Part shown: positions 48,585 through 61,935 of the stretch, piece after piece | How positions within the stretch are numbered: the stretch's first letter is position 1 | Layout of the letters: each line of letters starts with the position of its first letter | Source: Leucoraja ocellata | Lineage: Eukaryota | Assembly (NCBI GenBank): GCA_036785375.1 | Contig: JAWMAR010000026.1 | Coordinates: 12,152,001 to 12,216,000 of the forward strand | Reading direction: 5' to 3' | Length of the DNA: 64,000 nt | The notes under the pieces: model-generated | What the model was told of the DNA's origin: nothing | What the model saw: only the letters and a program-made list of their open reading frames with translations | Database searches by the model: none | Program-made: the position numbers and the translations under genes

Positions 48585-49430
48585 GAAACATAAAAACAGA
48601 GAAAATAGGTGCAGGAGTAGGCCATTCGGCCCTTCGAGCCATTCAATCTGATCATGGCTGATTATCCTAAATCAGTAGACCGTTCCTCCTTTCTCCCTAG
48701 ATCCCTTAATTCCATTAGCCCTAAGAGCTATATTTAACTCCCTCTTGAAAACATCCAGTGCCTTCTGTGGCAGAGAATTCCACAGATTCAGGATCAGATG
48801 TATTGATACAATGGATGACACGCACATGATGGGCTGAAGGGCCTGTTTCTCCGCAGTACGACTCCAAGTACAGCATTCTCAAGGCTTGAGTGGAAGCTTA
48901 AAGCTTCCTCGTTGACCAATTTGTTATTTCCAAGCAGATATTGCCCCATTTCTACATTTTACCATTTCGAGTTCTTTCCTGGTTGCTTTATATTCCTTAA
49001 AGGCCGTGTCGGATTTCATCATCTTAAATCTGTGCAACCAAACTACACCTCACCCACTGTGATTCCCTCAACAAACATAAAATCTGGTGAAAGATTCACT
49101 GCTGAAACATCAACAATTTCTCACTCCATAGATGCTGACTGACTTTCGAGTTTTAAGAATAAGGACTAAGCCATTTAGAACAGAGACGAGGAAACACTTT
49201 TTCCCACAGAGAGTGGTGAGTGTGGAATTCTCTGCCTCAGAGAGTGGCAAGTTCTCTGGAAGCTTTCAAGAGAGAGCTAGATAGGGCTCTTAAAAATAGC
49301 AGAGTCAGGGGATATGGGGAGAAGGCAGGAATGGGGTACTGATTGGGGATGATCAGCCATGATCACATTGAATGGCGGTGCTGGCTCGAAGGGCTGAATG
49401 GCCCACTCCTGCACCTATTGTCCATTGTCC
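48585..49430. mobile_element. CR1-like 3' ends (minus 48585-48790; plus 49155-49430)
   Basis: ggtgcaggagtaggccattcggcccttcgagcc and its plus-strand counterpart ending cctattgtccattgtcc. Confidence 0.8.
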
Positions 49431-49834
49431 GTTGAATTTCAGAATTTTTTCTGGCTCTTCAGCACCGGCAGAATTTTGATTCTATCTGAGGAGATAGATT
49501 TGAGATGAAGAATGAAAGATTGGTGCAAGTCGTAAATTAAACGGCTGGTTCATGAATTACTAAACTCAACGTTGAGGCTGGAAGGTTGGAATGTGCTTGG
49601 TTGGAAGATGCGGTGCTGTTCCTCAAGTATGTATTGAGTTTCATGGGAAGAGTTGGGATAGTGTGATTGTCGTGGATGAGGACCATTCAAGTCAAGTCAA
49701 GTCGAGTTTATTCATCACATACACAGACGAGATGTGCAGTGAAATGAAAAGTGGCAATGCTCGCGGACTTTGTGCAAAAAGACAAACAAACAAACAACCA
49801 AACAAACTACAAACAGAATGGAACAGAATCAAGT

Positions 49835-50385
49835 CGTAAAGTCAAGAGAGTTTATTGTCATGTGTCCCAGATAGGACAATGAAATTCTTGCTTGCTGCAG
49901 CACAACAGAATATTGTAAGTATAAATACAGAATAGTTCAGTATGTCTATACAGCATTAACCATATATATACACATAAATAAACAGATAAAGTGCAATAGG
50001 CTGTTATAGTTCAGAGTTTGTTTGACGGCCTGATGGCTGTGGGTAAGAAGCTGTCCCTGAACATGAAAGTATCAGATTTCAGGCTCCTGTACCTTCTACC
50101 TGATGGCAGCGGAGAGATGAGTGTGTGGCCAGGATTGTGTGGGTCCTTGATGATGTTGGCAGCCTTTTGGAGGCAGTGACTGCGATGGATCCCTTCGATG
50201 GTGGGGAGGTCAGAGCTGATGATGAACTGGGCAGTGATCACAACTTTCTGCATTATTTTCCGCTCCTGGACGCTCAAGTTGCCGAACCAAGCCACGATGC
50301 AACCAGTCAGCATGTTCTCTACTGTGCACCCGTAGAAGTTCGAGAGAGTCATCTTTGACATACCGAATCTCCGTAATCTTATCCC
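49835..50385 (-). mobile_element. Rex1/Babar-like LINE 3' end
   Basis: TLSNFYGCTVENMLTGCIVAWFGN...IIKDPHNPGHTLISPLPSGRRYRS; same family as 33955-34865. Confidence 0.9.
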
Positions 50386-51036
50386 GATTTGGCTTTGTCA
50401 ATGGTTTGGTTTGATGTTGCTTGATGTGGTTTGCAGAACTGCATTCATTATGATCGATCACTTCACCCCATTACCCTAAGGCCAGTGGTAACAATTGAAA
50501 GATTTTGTCTGCTGGACAGACCTGGAGGTAGAGCTGTAATGAAAGGGTAGGGAAGTGTAGGTGGAATCTGAATTTCTCAACTGAATGTTAATTTCAAAGA
50601 CCGCATCATCTGATGTGCAGGTTAATTTTATCTTTGCCACAGGGGTCGCAAGACATGTTGGATTAGTCCTCGTGGCCCGTTGGGGTTCAGTGCTTAGGTT
50701 AGTGATTGTAATCTCATACTTCAATTTACTCAGTTCCATTACATATCCATTTAACTGATAGAATTTCTTGTCGCTAAACAGGAATTAATTATGAAACGTT
50801 GCCGGTTTGCAAGGTAGATATTGATGCCCAAAGCCACTAGGCCACACAGATCATCCAGAAAGAAGGTCACCTATTGTAACTCCAGGATAAAAACATTATG
50901 TGGATGATTAAAACTTCTAAGCTTCAGTAATTGCTGGGTTTTCTCCTCCACTGACCCCTTCCTCGAAGATTGTTCTATACAAGTGTCCTGACATCAAATT
51001 ACCAAGTGACGTTTACTGTTTGCAACTGGAGCCCTG

Positions 51037-51328
51037 TTTAGAGATATGGTGCAGAAACAGGCCCTTCGGCCCACTGAGTCCGGACATACCAGCAATCCCC
51101 ACACATCAGCATTATCCTCGGGACAATCTAAAAAGTTTACCTAAGCCAATTAACCTACAGACCTGCACGTCTGTGGGATGTGGAAGGAAACCGGAGCTCC
51201 CAGAGAAAACTCACACGATCACGGGGAGAACGTACAAACTCTAACCAGACAGCACACATAGTCAGGGCCAAATCCGGGTCTCTGGCACTGTAAGGCAGCA
51301 ACTCTACCGCTGCGCCACCATGCCACCC
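51037..51328 (-). mobile_element. V-SINE
   Basis: Full-length reverse match. Confidence 0.85.
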
Positions 51329-51428
51329 CCCATTGTGGTTGGCCTGGTCTGGGACTGTATCGTTGTTGCTTACATGTTTTTCTCATTTACGCCTCTGCCT
51401 CATTGCCGCCTACTCATCTTATTTTAAT

Positions 51429-51560
51429 GGGCCTGTCCCACTTAGGCGACTCATTAGGCGACTGCCAGGGACTAGTTTTAATGGAATTCACCTACGACAC
51501 CTGGCGACAACCTACGACAGAACCTACGACAACCTACGACAGCAAAAATAGTCGCCACTG
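51429..51560 (+). mobile_element. Truncated MITE end with GGGCCTGTCCCAC terminus and (CCTACGACA) subterminal repeats
   Basis: Shares the first 13 nt with the TIR of 55281-55554; no partner end seen. Confidence 0.55.
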
Positions 51561-51871
51561 AAGTTGAAGAAGGAGACAGAAGAGAGAGAACTGGACGCAA
51601 TGAAATGATTGAAGGTGGAAACAGGCAACGTGGTTGATGTACTGTTCAATTTTGAATTGAGAGCTGTAAACATTACAAGTACAGGCAGTTCTGCTATAAA
51701 TCAAGAGCTATTCCTAAAAAAACCTTGTGTAATAGAAAATTGCTGTATGAAAACAATAGTGTCAATGGATTTGGGGCTAGAGTTCCAGAATCGAAATAAC
51801 AAGATTATTTATCCTCACAGGATTCAAATATAATGATATTTTAAATAACTATAAGTTTATTTTTATTATTA

Positions 51872-52156
51872 ACTTTAGACTTTATAGATACAGTGCGGAA
51901 AAGGGCACTTTGACCCTCGGAGTCTGCACGGACTAACGATCACCCTGTACACTAGCACTGTCCTACACACTCGGGACAATTTACAATTTTATCAAACCTA
52001 TATGGTTTTGGAGTGTGGGAGGAAACAGGAGCAACCGGAATAAACCCACGTTGTCACAGGGAGAATGTACGAACTCCATGCAGACAGCACCCGTAGTCAG
52101 GATCTAACCCAAGTCTCTGGTGCAGTAAGGCAGCAACTCTACCGCTGCACCACTGT
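51872..52156 (-). mobile_element. V-SINE
   Basis: Reverse match with (ACTTTAG) tail. Confidence 0.8.
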
Positions 52157-52631
52157 GACACCATTGCAAGCTAAAAATATGAAAGGCTGCATACATTGTT
52201 TAATGGACCATTATTGCATAATGTCAATAGAAGCGATTGCTTGTCAATTTCAATGGCCATCCATGGTGGAACTGACAGACTGTGTGCTTTAGAAACAATG
52301 GTGCCTGATTACTGCTGGGAGGCCACACAGAAGCATTTTTTTCTAAGACAGCTTTTTTTCTCCTTGCTAATTCCCAAAGTAATCGTCAAATGGTTTCGGT
52401 CCTGATCAAAATCTAGTTATAACTAATTAGGTCCGCATAAAACAAACAATGTTCCCTAATTAATTAATCGCATTGTATCCAATTTGCTTCATGGAAACAT
52501 ACATCATAACAGAACTACCTGTATGATGACTGAAACTTAAGGAGGACCTAGTACTGTTTTTCCACTTGGTAAATTATATTTGGTGCTGATAATATGGTCT
52601 CTTCTACATCGAGTGACTACTGTACGGAACA

Positions 52632-52810
52632 CGTTCACGTTACAAGTTAGGAGCAGAATTTGGCCATTCGGCCATTGAGTCTACTCCGCCATTCAATCAT
52701 GGCTGATCTCTGCCTCCTAATCCCATTTTCCTGCCTTCCCAATCATAACCCTTGACACCCGTCCTAATCAAGAATGAGTCTATCTCTGCCTTAAAAATGC
52801 CCACTGACTT
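52632..52810 (-). mobile_element. CR1-like 3' end
   Basis: ggagcagaatttggccattcggcc...ctatctctgccttaaaa. Confidence 0.75.
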
Positions 52811-53366
52811 GGGTCTCTACACCACTAATCACTCCACAAACCTAACCCCATGTTCCCAGTTAATTGCCACTTTAGTAACCATCTTACTTCCAAATTAGGT
52901 TTTGGTTCTCCATCTGCATTAGGTGAGCCTGAAGTGCTACATTGGCAAAGGGGTGGATTGTAACGTCAGTGAGGATTACATCGGGCCATTATTCTGGCAG
53001 AAATAGAATGAAGCAACGTGCTTCAATTTGCCTGCACACTGTGAAAGACTTTTTAAAGGCTTTCATTCCAATTTAGCTGCAGGGCACAGTCACCTTGTTC
53101 ATTTTGTAAATTATGCTGTCAGGTTCATGACTTGAAAAGTAGAGGATGAAGTCCATACTTTTCAGCTTGGCTGAAATCACAGTCAAAGCCAGCTGCCTGT
53201 TTAAAGTAACTCAGCTTAAGTAGACTGGGGAAGAATATATAACCTTCTGCATTGGGGTTAAGCTGACTCTGTGGACCACCGGCTCATGACAGAGACCAAC
53301 CAGATCCACTCCCCATAAAATCCAGTGGATTTGCATCAAAATGGATTCATGAAAACATAAGAAATA

Positions 53367-53677
53367 GGGTGGCACGGTAATGCAGAAGTAGATGCTGCCT
53401 TACAGCACTGGAGACCTGGGTTTGATCCTGACTACGGGTGCTGTCTGTGCGGAGTTTGTACATTCTCCCTGTGATCGTGTGGGTTTTTTTTCATGTGCTC
53501 CGGTTTCCTCCCACACTCCAAAGACATACAGGTTTGTAGGTTAATTGGCTTTATAGATTGTAAATTGTCTCTAGTATGTAGGACAATGCTAGTGTACGGT
53601 GTGATTGCTGGTCAGCGCCGACTCAATGTGTCAAAGGACCTGTTTCTGCGAAGCATCTCTAAACTAAACTAAACTAA
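53367..53677 (+). mobile_element. V-SINE
   Basis: Full length; (CTAAA)3 tail. Confidence 0.85.
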
Positions 53678-53784
53678 AAAATAGGAGCAGGATAATCAGC
53701 CCCTCAGGCCTGCTCCACCCCATTCAATATGATCAGGGCATATCAAGTCCATGCCTTAACTCCTAGTCCGTCAAAGAGTCATAG

Positions 53785-54120
53785 AGAGATACAGCAAAAA
53801 AACTAGCCCATCAGCCCACTGAGTTTGTTCTATCGAACATCTATTACACTAATCTAATCCAATCTCTCCTCCAATACTTTCATAACTCCTTCCAGATTTT
53901 CCCACTCTTCCAACACCAGGGGCAATTTACAGTAGCCAATGAACCTACTCGCCTGCACGTCTTAGGGATGTGGGAGGAAACCAGAGGGCCCGGAGGAAAC
54001 CCATTCCATCACAGAGAGAACATGCAAACTCCACACAGACAGCACCCGAGGGCAGGATTGCACCTGGGTCTCTGGTGCTATGAGGCAGTGGCTTTTCTTG
54101 CTGTGCCACTCTGCCACCCC
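53785..54120 (-). mobile_element. V-SINE (older subfamily)
   Basis: Reverse match to head and V domain. Confidence 0.7.
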
Positions 54121-55209
54121 TTTGGTGCCGTATAAGTTCCATGATTTTCAAAAAATATATATCTACCTGCTCCTTAAATACCTCTTGGGATCCCATCCCC
54201 ATGACACTCCTAGGTCGAGAATTCCAGAGATTCACCACCCCCTACAAGAAGATATTCCTACGCCCCTCAGTTTTAAATTACCACTTCCTTTTATTTTAAC
54301 TAAATCCCTTGTTCAAGGTTCTCCCAGGGGTGGAAACATCTGAATATTTAGCTGTCACGTGTCCTTAGATATTATATATTCTAATTAAATAAGCCCTCAT
54401 TCCCCACAACTTTAAAGTTAGCGCAAGGTTAACAAGTTGAAGGTGCTCTGGTGCTTTAGGTTTCTCCTGTTCTTTGACTGCAGGTAGGGTTGGGGGAGGC
54501 TCTTACAGAGCGATGAGCTGATGGGCTTGAAGATATCCTTCGATGCTTTCCCCACCGTTCAGTTCAAGACAAGATTCAAACTCACGGGTGCCCAATGTCT
54601 GGAACGTGTTGCTCGAGCAGGCGGTGGAGTTAGTTACCATCACTGCCTTTAAGAAGCATCTGCCGGTCCTCCCAGGATTATACAAGGCAACATATACACA
54701 TGGTGCACACATGAATTGATGTTTAGGAGATCGACGGCAAGGATTGAATGGCTGCTGCAGAGTTCCAAGCATCCGCTGTGTGGGAACGCTGGTTTAACTA
54801 CATGTCACCTTTAGTTGTCTATGTTTTATTTCAACATAAAGTCGGGCAGCCACATTTCCGACGTGAACTGTTTGGGTTAAGGACCCAGCCATTACCCGGG
54901 GCAGACGTAGACAGACACTCTCATAGGCAAGGCATAGAAGGATATGGTCAAGTGGGAATGGTGTAACAGTACAACGAAGGTTGACATGGACGTGCTGGGC
55001 CGAATGGTCTGTTTCTGTTCTATGACTGTGGCTATGAGGAGGAGAGAGAAATGATCATTCTGCCAGCTCCTGATAACATTAACCTCTTCAGGGACAGCAG
55101 TCTTCACAGAAGAGTATCAACCTCAATAACATTAGTGGGAGTGTTGCATTTACACAGGTCACACCCCATCAACATCACATGTAAAATGCACCACCATTAC
55201 TCGCGTCAA

Positions 55210-56030
55210 ATGTCAAGCGTGTTTAATTGTCATATATACCAATAATGGAACAATGAAATTCTTATTTTCAGCAGTTTTAAGGGCCTGTCCCACGAACATG
55301 CAACTGCGGGCCGGCAGGCCGTTGCCGTGCGGAATTTTTAAACACGGTCAGTTTTTTGGAGCCCCGCGCGATGTCGGGACCAGCTCCACACAACTCCATA
55401 CGGCTCCAGCGATCGAAGTGGGACCGGCCCTGCGAGACCGTACGGCTCAAGTGACCACGTTAGGTCGCGCTTGCCTCATGCAGGCGCATGCTGGTGGGGC
55501 CAGCCCTTTAGGTCGCGCTTGCCGCATGGAGTCGCATGCTCGTGGGACAGGCCCTTAACAGGCCTGTAAACACAATTTGCACCGATAAATATAATAATAA
55601 TTAAAAAATGTGATAAATTAATTATTGTAATATTAGTGCAAAAAACTACAGATATCCGCAGTGGAACTAAGGACATAGTCCTTAGAAATTCACGGTTGCT
55701 GAAATTAACGTTGTGTATCTTCAAGAGTTTGATGGTTGCTGGGGAGAAACTATTCTTGAAGCTTGTGGCCATGGTTTTCTAGCTCCTGTACCTTCCCAAT
55801 AGGAGGAGTGAAATGGAATCATCGTCAGGACGGTGTAGTCTTTGATGATATTGGCTGCCGTTTTGTGGCAGCGCCTGCTATAGATCCCTTCACTGATGTG
55901 GAGGTCAGTACCTGTGATGGATCGGGCATTGTCTACCACCCTCTGTAATCTTCTACATTCCTGGGCATTCGAGTTGCTGAACCAAGCCATGATGTAACCA
56001 GTCATTGTGCTCCAAAGGTGCTCCAATAGC
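55210..56030 (-). mobile_element. Rex1/Babar-like LINE 3' end (host of the MITE)
   Basis: TGYIMAWFSNSNAQECRRLQRVVDNARSITGTDL...AANIIKD. Confidence 0.8.
55281..55554. mobile_element. 274-bp MITE with ~24-bp TIRs and TTAA target-site duplication (Kolobok- or Harbinger-like)
   Basis: TTAA|GGGCCTGTCCCACGAACATGCAAC ... GTCGCATGCTCGTGGGACAGGCCC|TTAA; interrupts a LINE 3' UTR. Confidence 0.85.
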
Positions 56031-56406
56031 ACCTTCTAAAGCTGTGGCCTCCTGCACCCATAGGATGGAAGGATCTGTGTCCCATGCGAGTTCCCACCTC
56101 TATCTTGACTTGGATGTTGTCAGGACTCGAGGGACCAAGTTATAGGGTGAGGTTGGACAGGCCGGGACTTCATTCAAGCAGTACAGGAGAAAGCAGGGTG
56201 ATTTTATAGGTACATAAAATTATGAAGGGGATTGAAAGGATGACTGCACACAGTATTTTTTACCAGCATTTCAAGAATTTCCTGTTTATATTAATTAGGT
56301 TCTAACCTGTTGGCTGCAATATCTGTAAATGAGAATGACCACACACTAGGAATGATGTGATCACAAATGTGTCATGTCTCCACATGCACAGCCTAAGAAG
56401 AATCAC

Positions 56407-56682
56407 ATGGTGGCACAGCAGTAGAGTTGCTGCCTTACAGCACTTGCAGCGCCAGAGACCCAGGTTCGATCCCGACGATGGATGTTGTCTGCACGGAGTT
56501 TGTATAGTCTCCCCATGACCGTGTCGGTTTTCTCCGAGATCTTCGGTTTGTAGGTCAAATTGGCTTTGTACAAATGTTAAATTGTCCCCAGTGTGTGTAA
56601 GATAGTGTGAATGTGCAGGGATCGCTGGTCGGTGCGGACCCGATGGGCCGAAGGGCCTGTTTCCGCACTGTATCTCTAAATT
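56407..56682 (+). mobile_element. V-SINE
   Basis: Head with short insertion (cacttgcag); standard tail. Confidence 0.85.
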
Positions 56683-57093
56683 AAGCAACTTTTAAATTTC
56701 TCTTAAAAAAGACAAAATGTGCTTGAGTAGCTCAGAGGGTCAGGCAGCATCTCTGCAGAACATAGATATGTGTTATTTTGGGTCAGAACTTCTTTTTACA
56801 AGTTCTCTGCCTTACCAGCATTTTGTCTGCATATTCTGTGTGCAGTGTGGCCTGCATATCACCCTGCAGTCTCCTGCAGTCCACCAGAGTACATGCAACC
56901 ATAGTGGTGTTGTAGTCTAACAAGGCTTTAACTCAACATTTCAACCAGGAAGGGGAGACGGTTCTCCGACCTGAGATAAATAGAAGATGCCGTTGTCCAA
57001 CACAAACTTTTGTTATTGACAAAGATACAACTCAGAAGTGACTGCAAGTGCCGCATCAACAATAGGAGAAGGAAGTATTCATGAAATCACTTT

Positions 57094-57307
57094 TACACAA
57101 AATGCTGGAGTAACTCAGCGGGACAGGCCGCATCTCTGGAGAGAAGGAATGTGTAATGCTTCTTCAGTTGAGACCCTTCTTCCAACTGAAGAAGGGTCTC
57201 GACCCGAAACTTCACCCATTCCTTCTAGCTAGAGATGCTGCCTGTCCTGCTCTGTTACTCCATAATTTTGTGTCTATCTTCTGTTTAAACCAGTATCTGC
57301 AGTTCTT
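57094..57307. mobile_element. PLE terminal palindrome with hammerhead core at 57186-57213
   Basis: CTGAAGAAGGGTCTCGACCCGAAACTTC; inverted arms, right arm extended. Confidence 0.8.
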
Positions 57308-57645
57308 ATAAATAACCTTTGCATTCAGCATGAGATAACCTTAAAAAGGACAACACGGACACCAAACTCAAGTACTGCAGATGCTGGGCATTGAAATGCT
57401 CCTTCCATTCTGCTGAATATTTCCAGCATTTTCTGTTTTTATTTCAATATTCCAAATCCTAGTTATCAATGGAAGAATGAATACTAATGGACAGATCATC
57501 ATGCAGCATAACCATCTGTTTTTATATTTGCAATTGTAGTTACCCCTTAAATTTCACTGGCAGCAGAAGTGAAGACAGTCAGATGGCATGAAGAGCAAAC
57601 AGTGGTCTGGGATGGGTTAAATTAACAGCAAAACATTCCTTTTCC

Positions 57646-57832
57646 TGAAGGTACACAAAAAGCTGGAGAAACTCAGCGGGTGCAACAGCATCTATGGAGC
57701 GAAGGAAATAGGCAACGTTTCGGCCCGAAACGTTGCCTATTTCCTTCGCTCCATCGATGCTGCTGCACCCGCTGAGTTTCTCCAGCTTTTTTGTGTACCT
57801 TCGATTTTCCAGCATCTGCAGTTCATTCTTGA
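57646..57832. mobile_element. Near-perfect PLE terminal palindrome, same subfamily and centre as 39944
   Basis: gaaggtacacaaaaaagctgg...caacgtttcg-gcc-cgaaacgttg...ccagcttttttgtgtaccttc plus tail. Confidence 0.9.
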
Positions 57833-59739
57833 ATTCCTTTTCCTGAGCCTGTTTCCAGCTAGCAGAAGTTAGCCTATTAAAGGAATCCATTATTGAGCAG
57901 CGTCGGGGGTTAGGATTTCCATCAAACCTCGCTGTCACGGAGCACTATCTAGGAAATTGAGCGAGGGCAGGTGCTCCGTAATCTATCTGCAGTTCGAGCG
58001 GCAGCTTCAATACCTGTTACGTGTTGTGTGATTGCGACCGTCACCTCCAATCTTCCCCTCCCCTCCCCGCCGGTGTCCCATTATGCAACGTGAGAGACAA
58101 TTGTGGCTCTGTGTGCCTGACTGACTTCAGACTGACACCAATTAATGTTCCAGGAGCAGCACTGCTCTTTACCCAGACTATTTCTATTTCAGTACCGGCT
58201 TTTACCTCCCTCCCCACCCACCATGGCAGAATCACCTTCTTTTAATTGTCAATTTTTAGTAGACTCCTTACGATGCATTGAAACAGACTGTGTATTCCTT
58301 CAATGGTGATTATTGATAGATGGTATCTCTCTGGATATTAAGGGAATCCAGCAATATGGGGGAGTGCAAATGACAGATCAGACTTGAATGATAGAACAGG
58401 CACAAGGGGTAGAATGTCCTCTTCCTGCTAATGCCACGACATGAATCCATGTCACCAGCACCTCCACAGTCCCAGCCTCAAGTAGCCAGGCTTCAGGGTG
58501 GCTGGAGAACTTTGATGTTGGTGCATGCCAGGTGCTGGTGGCAAGGTTCAGCATGGACTTGGTGGGCTGAAGGGCCTGTTGCTGGGCTGTGTAGTTCAAC
58601 GACTTATGTAGTGGTCAGAGGGAAGAGACTGCAGCAGGATGGATTCCCTCGGGGTAACAAGTCAAGAGCTGACTATTACATTCATTAATCCCTAAAGCTC
58701 CAGAGCCAATTCTAGCTCCACACTTTGAGCCACAGATCCATACAGAGCAGAAACAGGCCATCTAGCCCACCATGTACATGCTGGCCACCAAGTTCCCATC
58801 CACAACACTGCCACATACAAACACTTGGTCCACACTCTTCTGTGCCTTGGAGATCCAAGTGCCCACCTGGATATTTAAGAGTTGTGATAGTTTCTGCCTC
58901 CACCACCCTCTCAGGCAGAGAATTCCAGATTCAGCAACCATAAAGTTATCGTTGTATATAACTTTGTTCCGGGTACCAGAGGTTGCACTCCACAGTATGG
59001 TGAATTACATGCCCCAGCGTAGTATGAGAATCAGCCCTCTCTCAACGTCAGTGAATCTGACCATGATGAAATTATTGCCTATGGTGTCTGGTAATCAGTT
59101 CCCATGCGTTTGACGGTGGACTAGTGAGCAAAAACAAAAGAAGAGCAACTGGGAGAGCTCAGCATGTTGGGGAGCATCTGTGGAGAGAAATGGACAGTCG
59201 ACATTTCAGTTTGGGACCCTTCATCAAGATAGTGACACCATCTGGAATAGTGACATCCTTGATATGCACTGAGTCCCAAAAAACGGTGAGCCCGTGCTTT
59301 ATTTTTAAAACACGCACCAAGTTACCCACCTCCTGTTCTCTGATATCCTGGGAGTCCAGAATGAACACTATTTCTGGTAATCGCTCCCCACCCCTCAACA
59401 TTTGACAAACAGGCATTTTGTATCAAGTGGCAATGCTTCCCAAACTTTGAAGATGACAGCTTCAGCAAGTGATACAGTGTTACCAGTCTTTCATTTGGAT
59501 CAATGAAGAAAACATTTGATTATAATTTCAAATTCATAAAAGTACAAGATCACATCCTTGTCTGAATAGATTATTAAATGTACCAGTGTGGAAAACACCT
59601 GACAGACTCACCAATTAATCCCCTCATTCTTTCCAGCCTATGCTTCCCCCCCCCCATATTTGTCCAGTTCCTGACTGAAGACCAACACTGTTTCCACTTC
59701 AACCTTGTTTGGGTGTTCAAACGCACAATCATCAAGGGT

Positions 59740-60395
59740 CAAGAATCAAGGGTCAAGATTGTTTTATTGTAATGAGTCATGATAATGGACCAATGACATT
59801 CTTAAATGCAGCAGTGCAACAGATATGTAAACATACAGCAGTATTCTGCAAAGCCCGCTATAACAAAAAGTTCAGCACATTTGTATTTAATAAAAGTCAA
59901 ATAAACAAACAATAGCGCTATGTCAAAAATAATGTCTCCAAGTCTACAGTAGTTCAGACCCTATTTGGAGGTTGTAGTGTTTAATAGTTTGCTAGTTGTA
60001 GGGAAGAAGCTGCAGGAAATATATCCTCTGTTGGGCCTTTTTGACTGTGGAGTCGATGGTGGCCTCCCATTTAAGGTCTCTGGAGATGATGGCTCCACAG
60101 ATAATAACTCCACAGATGTGACTGTGGTGTTGTTGATGGTGAGTGGGGGAAGGGGAGGGGGAGCTCTCCTAAAGTCTACAGTCAATTCCACAGTCTCGAG
60201 AGCATTGAGCTCCAGGTTGTTGCAATGGCACCAGGACACCAGCTGTGTCACTTCCTGTCTGTAGGCAGATTCCTCCCCATCCTGGATCAGTCCAATCAGG
60301 ATTGTGTCCTCCGCAAACTTGAGAAGCTTGACAGAGGAGTCTGTGGAGGTGCAGTCGTTGGTGTTGAGAGAGTAAAGGAGAGGGGAGAGTACACA
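59740..60395 (-). mobile_element. Rex1/Babar-like LINE fragment (RT FADD region)
   Basis: Minus: LYTNDC-like...KLLKFAEDTIL; QLVSWCHCNNLELNALETVELTVDFRR. Confidence 0.8.
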
Positions 60396-61543
60396 GCCTT
60401 TCCGGATAAACCTCTTTCATGCTAGAGCTATGGTTCTTCCTCAGCTTGTTGAATGGTGGGTGATATAGCCAGCCATGCATGGAGATTCCAGCTATTGTAG
60501 CATCACGACCATTGGCAATAATGTTCTTCAAAGGATTGGTGCAAGCCTCACTGTTGCTGGTTTTATTCTGTTTGAAACTCTCCTTCAACTGAGAGTGCTT
60601 TAGAAATAAAAAATAAAGGAAATGTTGGAAACACTCAGCAGGTCAGACAGCATCCATGGAGAGAGAAAAGAATGAGTCAACAATTCAGGTCAGAAGTCAA
60701 AATACGTCTTCTTGACAAAGGAGGCAAAATATAAAAGCCTTCCCAATTCCCCATCTGTCATTTTGTTCTGACAAAATGTGTTGTTAAAATTCCAGGAGTT
60801 TGAAAAAATATTATGAGCAGAAACAGTAAAAAAAAAAACCCAAAATGAGCAAAACTGTGGAAATTCAGCAACAGCCCCTTTCAATTATGAAAATGAGAGT
60901 ATAAACTTATTTCCATTTTGTTGCGAACAAGCCTTATTTTATTTGTGAGGATTTTAAATGATTTTCTTACTCAATCTAAAAGACCAAATTAATCTCCTGC
61001 TCACAAGACATATTTTGGTTTTACTTTGTACAGATGTTTGGTAGAAAGTCATTATGTGGTGATATGCACAAGGTATTCTAAATATGCTGCTGTCAGAATG
61101 AAAACCACATGAAATATTACTTTTAATTATCATTCATGAATATTTTAACAATTGCTGAACAAAGCCAAAAATTAACTTTACAATTCAATTTCTCCTTTTG
61201 TTCGAGACTCCAAGCAAATGGCTCCTCAACCATCTCAATGCCTCCGAACATCTTTTATCACCTCACTTTCTTTCAATGCAGCCTTCATCTATGTTAGATG
61301 CCTATCACTAAAAACAACCATTTGTTATGGGTTGAACATGCTTATGGGTCTCACAAAGAGAGGGAATGTAAAGTGGTCAAGGAAGTTTCCATCCTCTACC
61401 AACAATGATGTTCTTAGGTTTAATGGGTTTTGGGGAAGATACAACATGGAGGTAAGCACAAAATTGGTCCAGAATGTGGTAATATAGCCAAGGAGCTTAT
61501 TCCGTTTCTACCAGTGGTGTTCTTTATGGCCAACATAATCAAA

Positions 61544-61676
61544 GACTGAAGAAGGTTCTTGACCCGAAACGTCACCCATTCCTTCTTTCCAGAGATGCTG
61601 CCTGTTCCGCTGAGTTACTCCAGCTTTTTGTCTGTATATTCAATTTAAACCAGCATCTGCAGGTCCTTCTTACCCA
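61544..61676 (+). mobile_element. PLE terminal repeat starting at the hammerhead core (61546-61573)
   Basis: CTGAAGAAGGTTCTTGACCCGAAACGTC plus long arm; flanked by a cataatcaaagact direct repeat. Confidence 0.8.
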
Positions 61677-61679
61677 TAA

Positions 61680-61935
61680 TCAAAGACTTGTCCCACTCTG
61701 GTCATTCTCTCTTCTCCCTGCTCCCTTTGGGCAAGAGGTACAGAGGCTTGAAAGCTGGCACCATCAGACTCAAGAATTGATTAGTACGGGTGTCAGGGGT
61801 TATGGGGAGAAGGCAGGAGAATGGGGTTGAGAGGGAAAGATAGATCAGACATGATAGAATGTCGGTGTAGGCTTGATGAGCCAAATGGCCTAATTCTGCT
61901 CCTGTAACGTTCGAACTTATGAACAGCTTCTTCCC
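61680..61935 (+). mobile_element. Rex-like fragment interrupted by a CR1 3' end (~61778-61922)
   Basis: LPLGKRYRGL-like sequence resumes as aacagcttcttccca after the CR1 tail. Confidence 0.6.

Noticed and set aside
50476-50739. 87-aa ORF with beta-strand-like pattern
   Set aside because: Lacks Ig Cys/Trp spacing and convincing splice sites.
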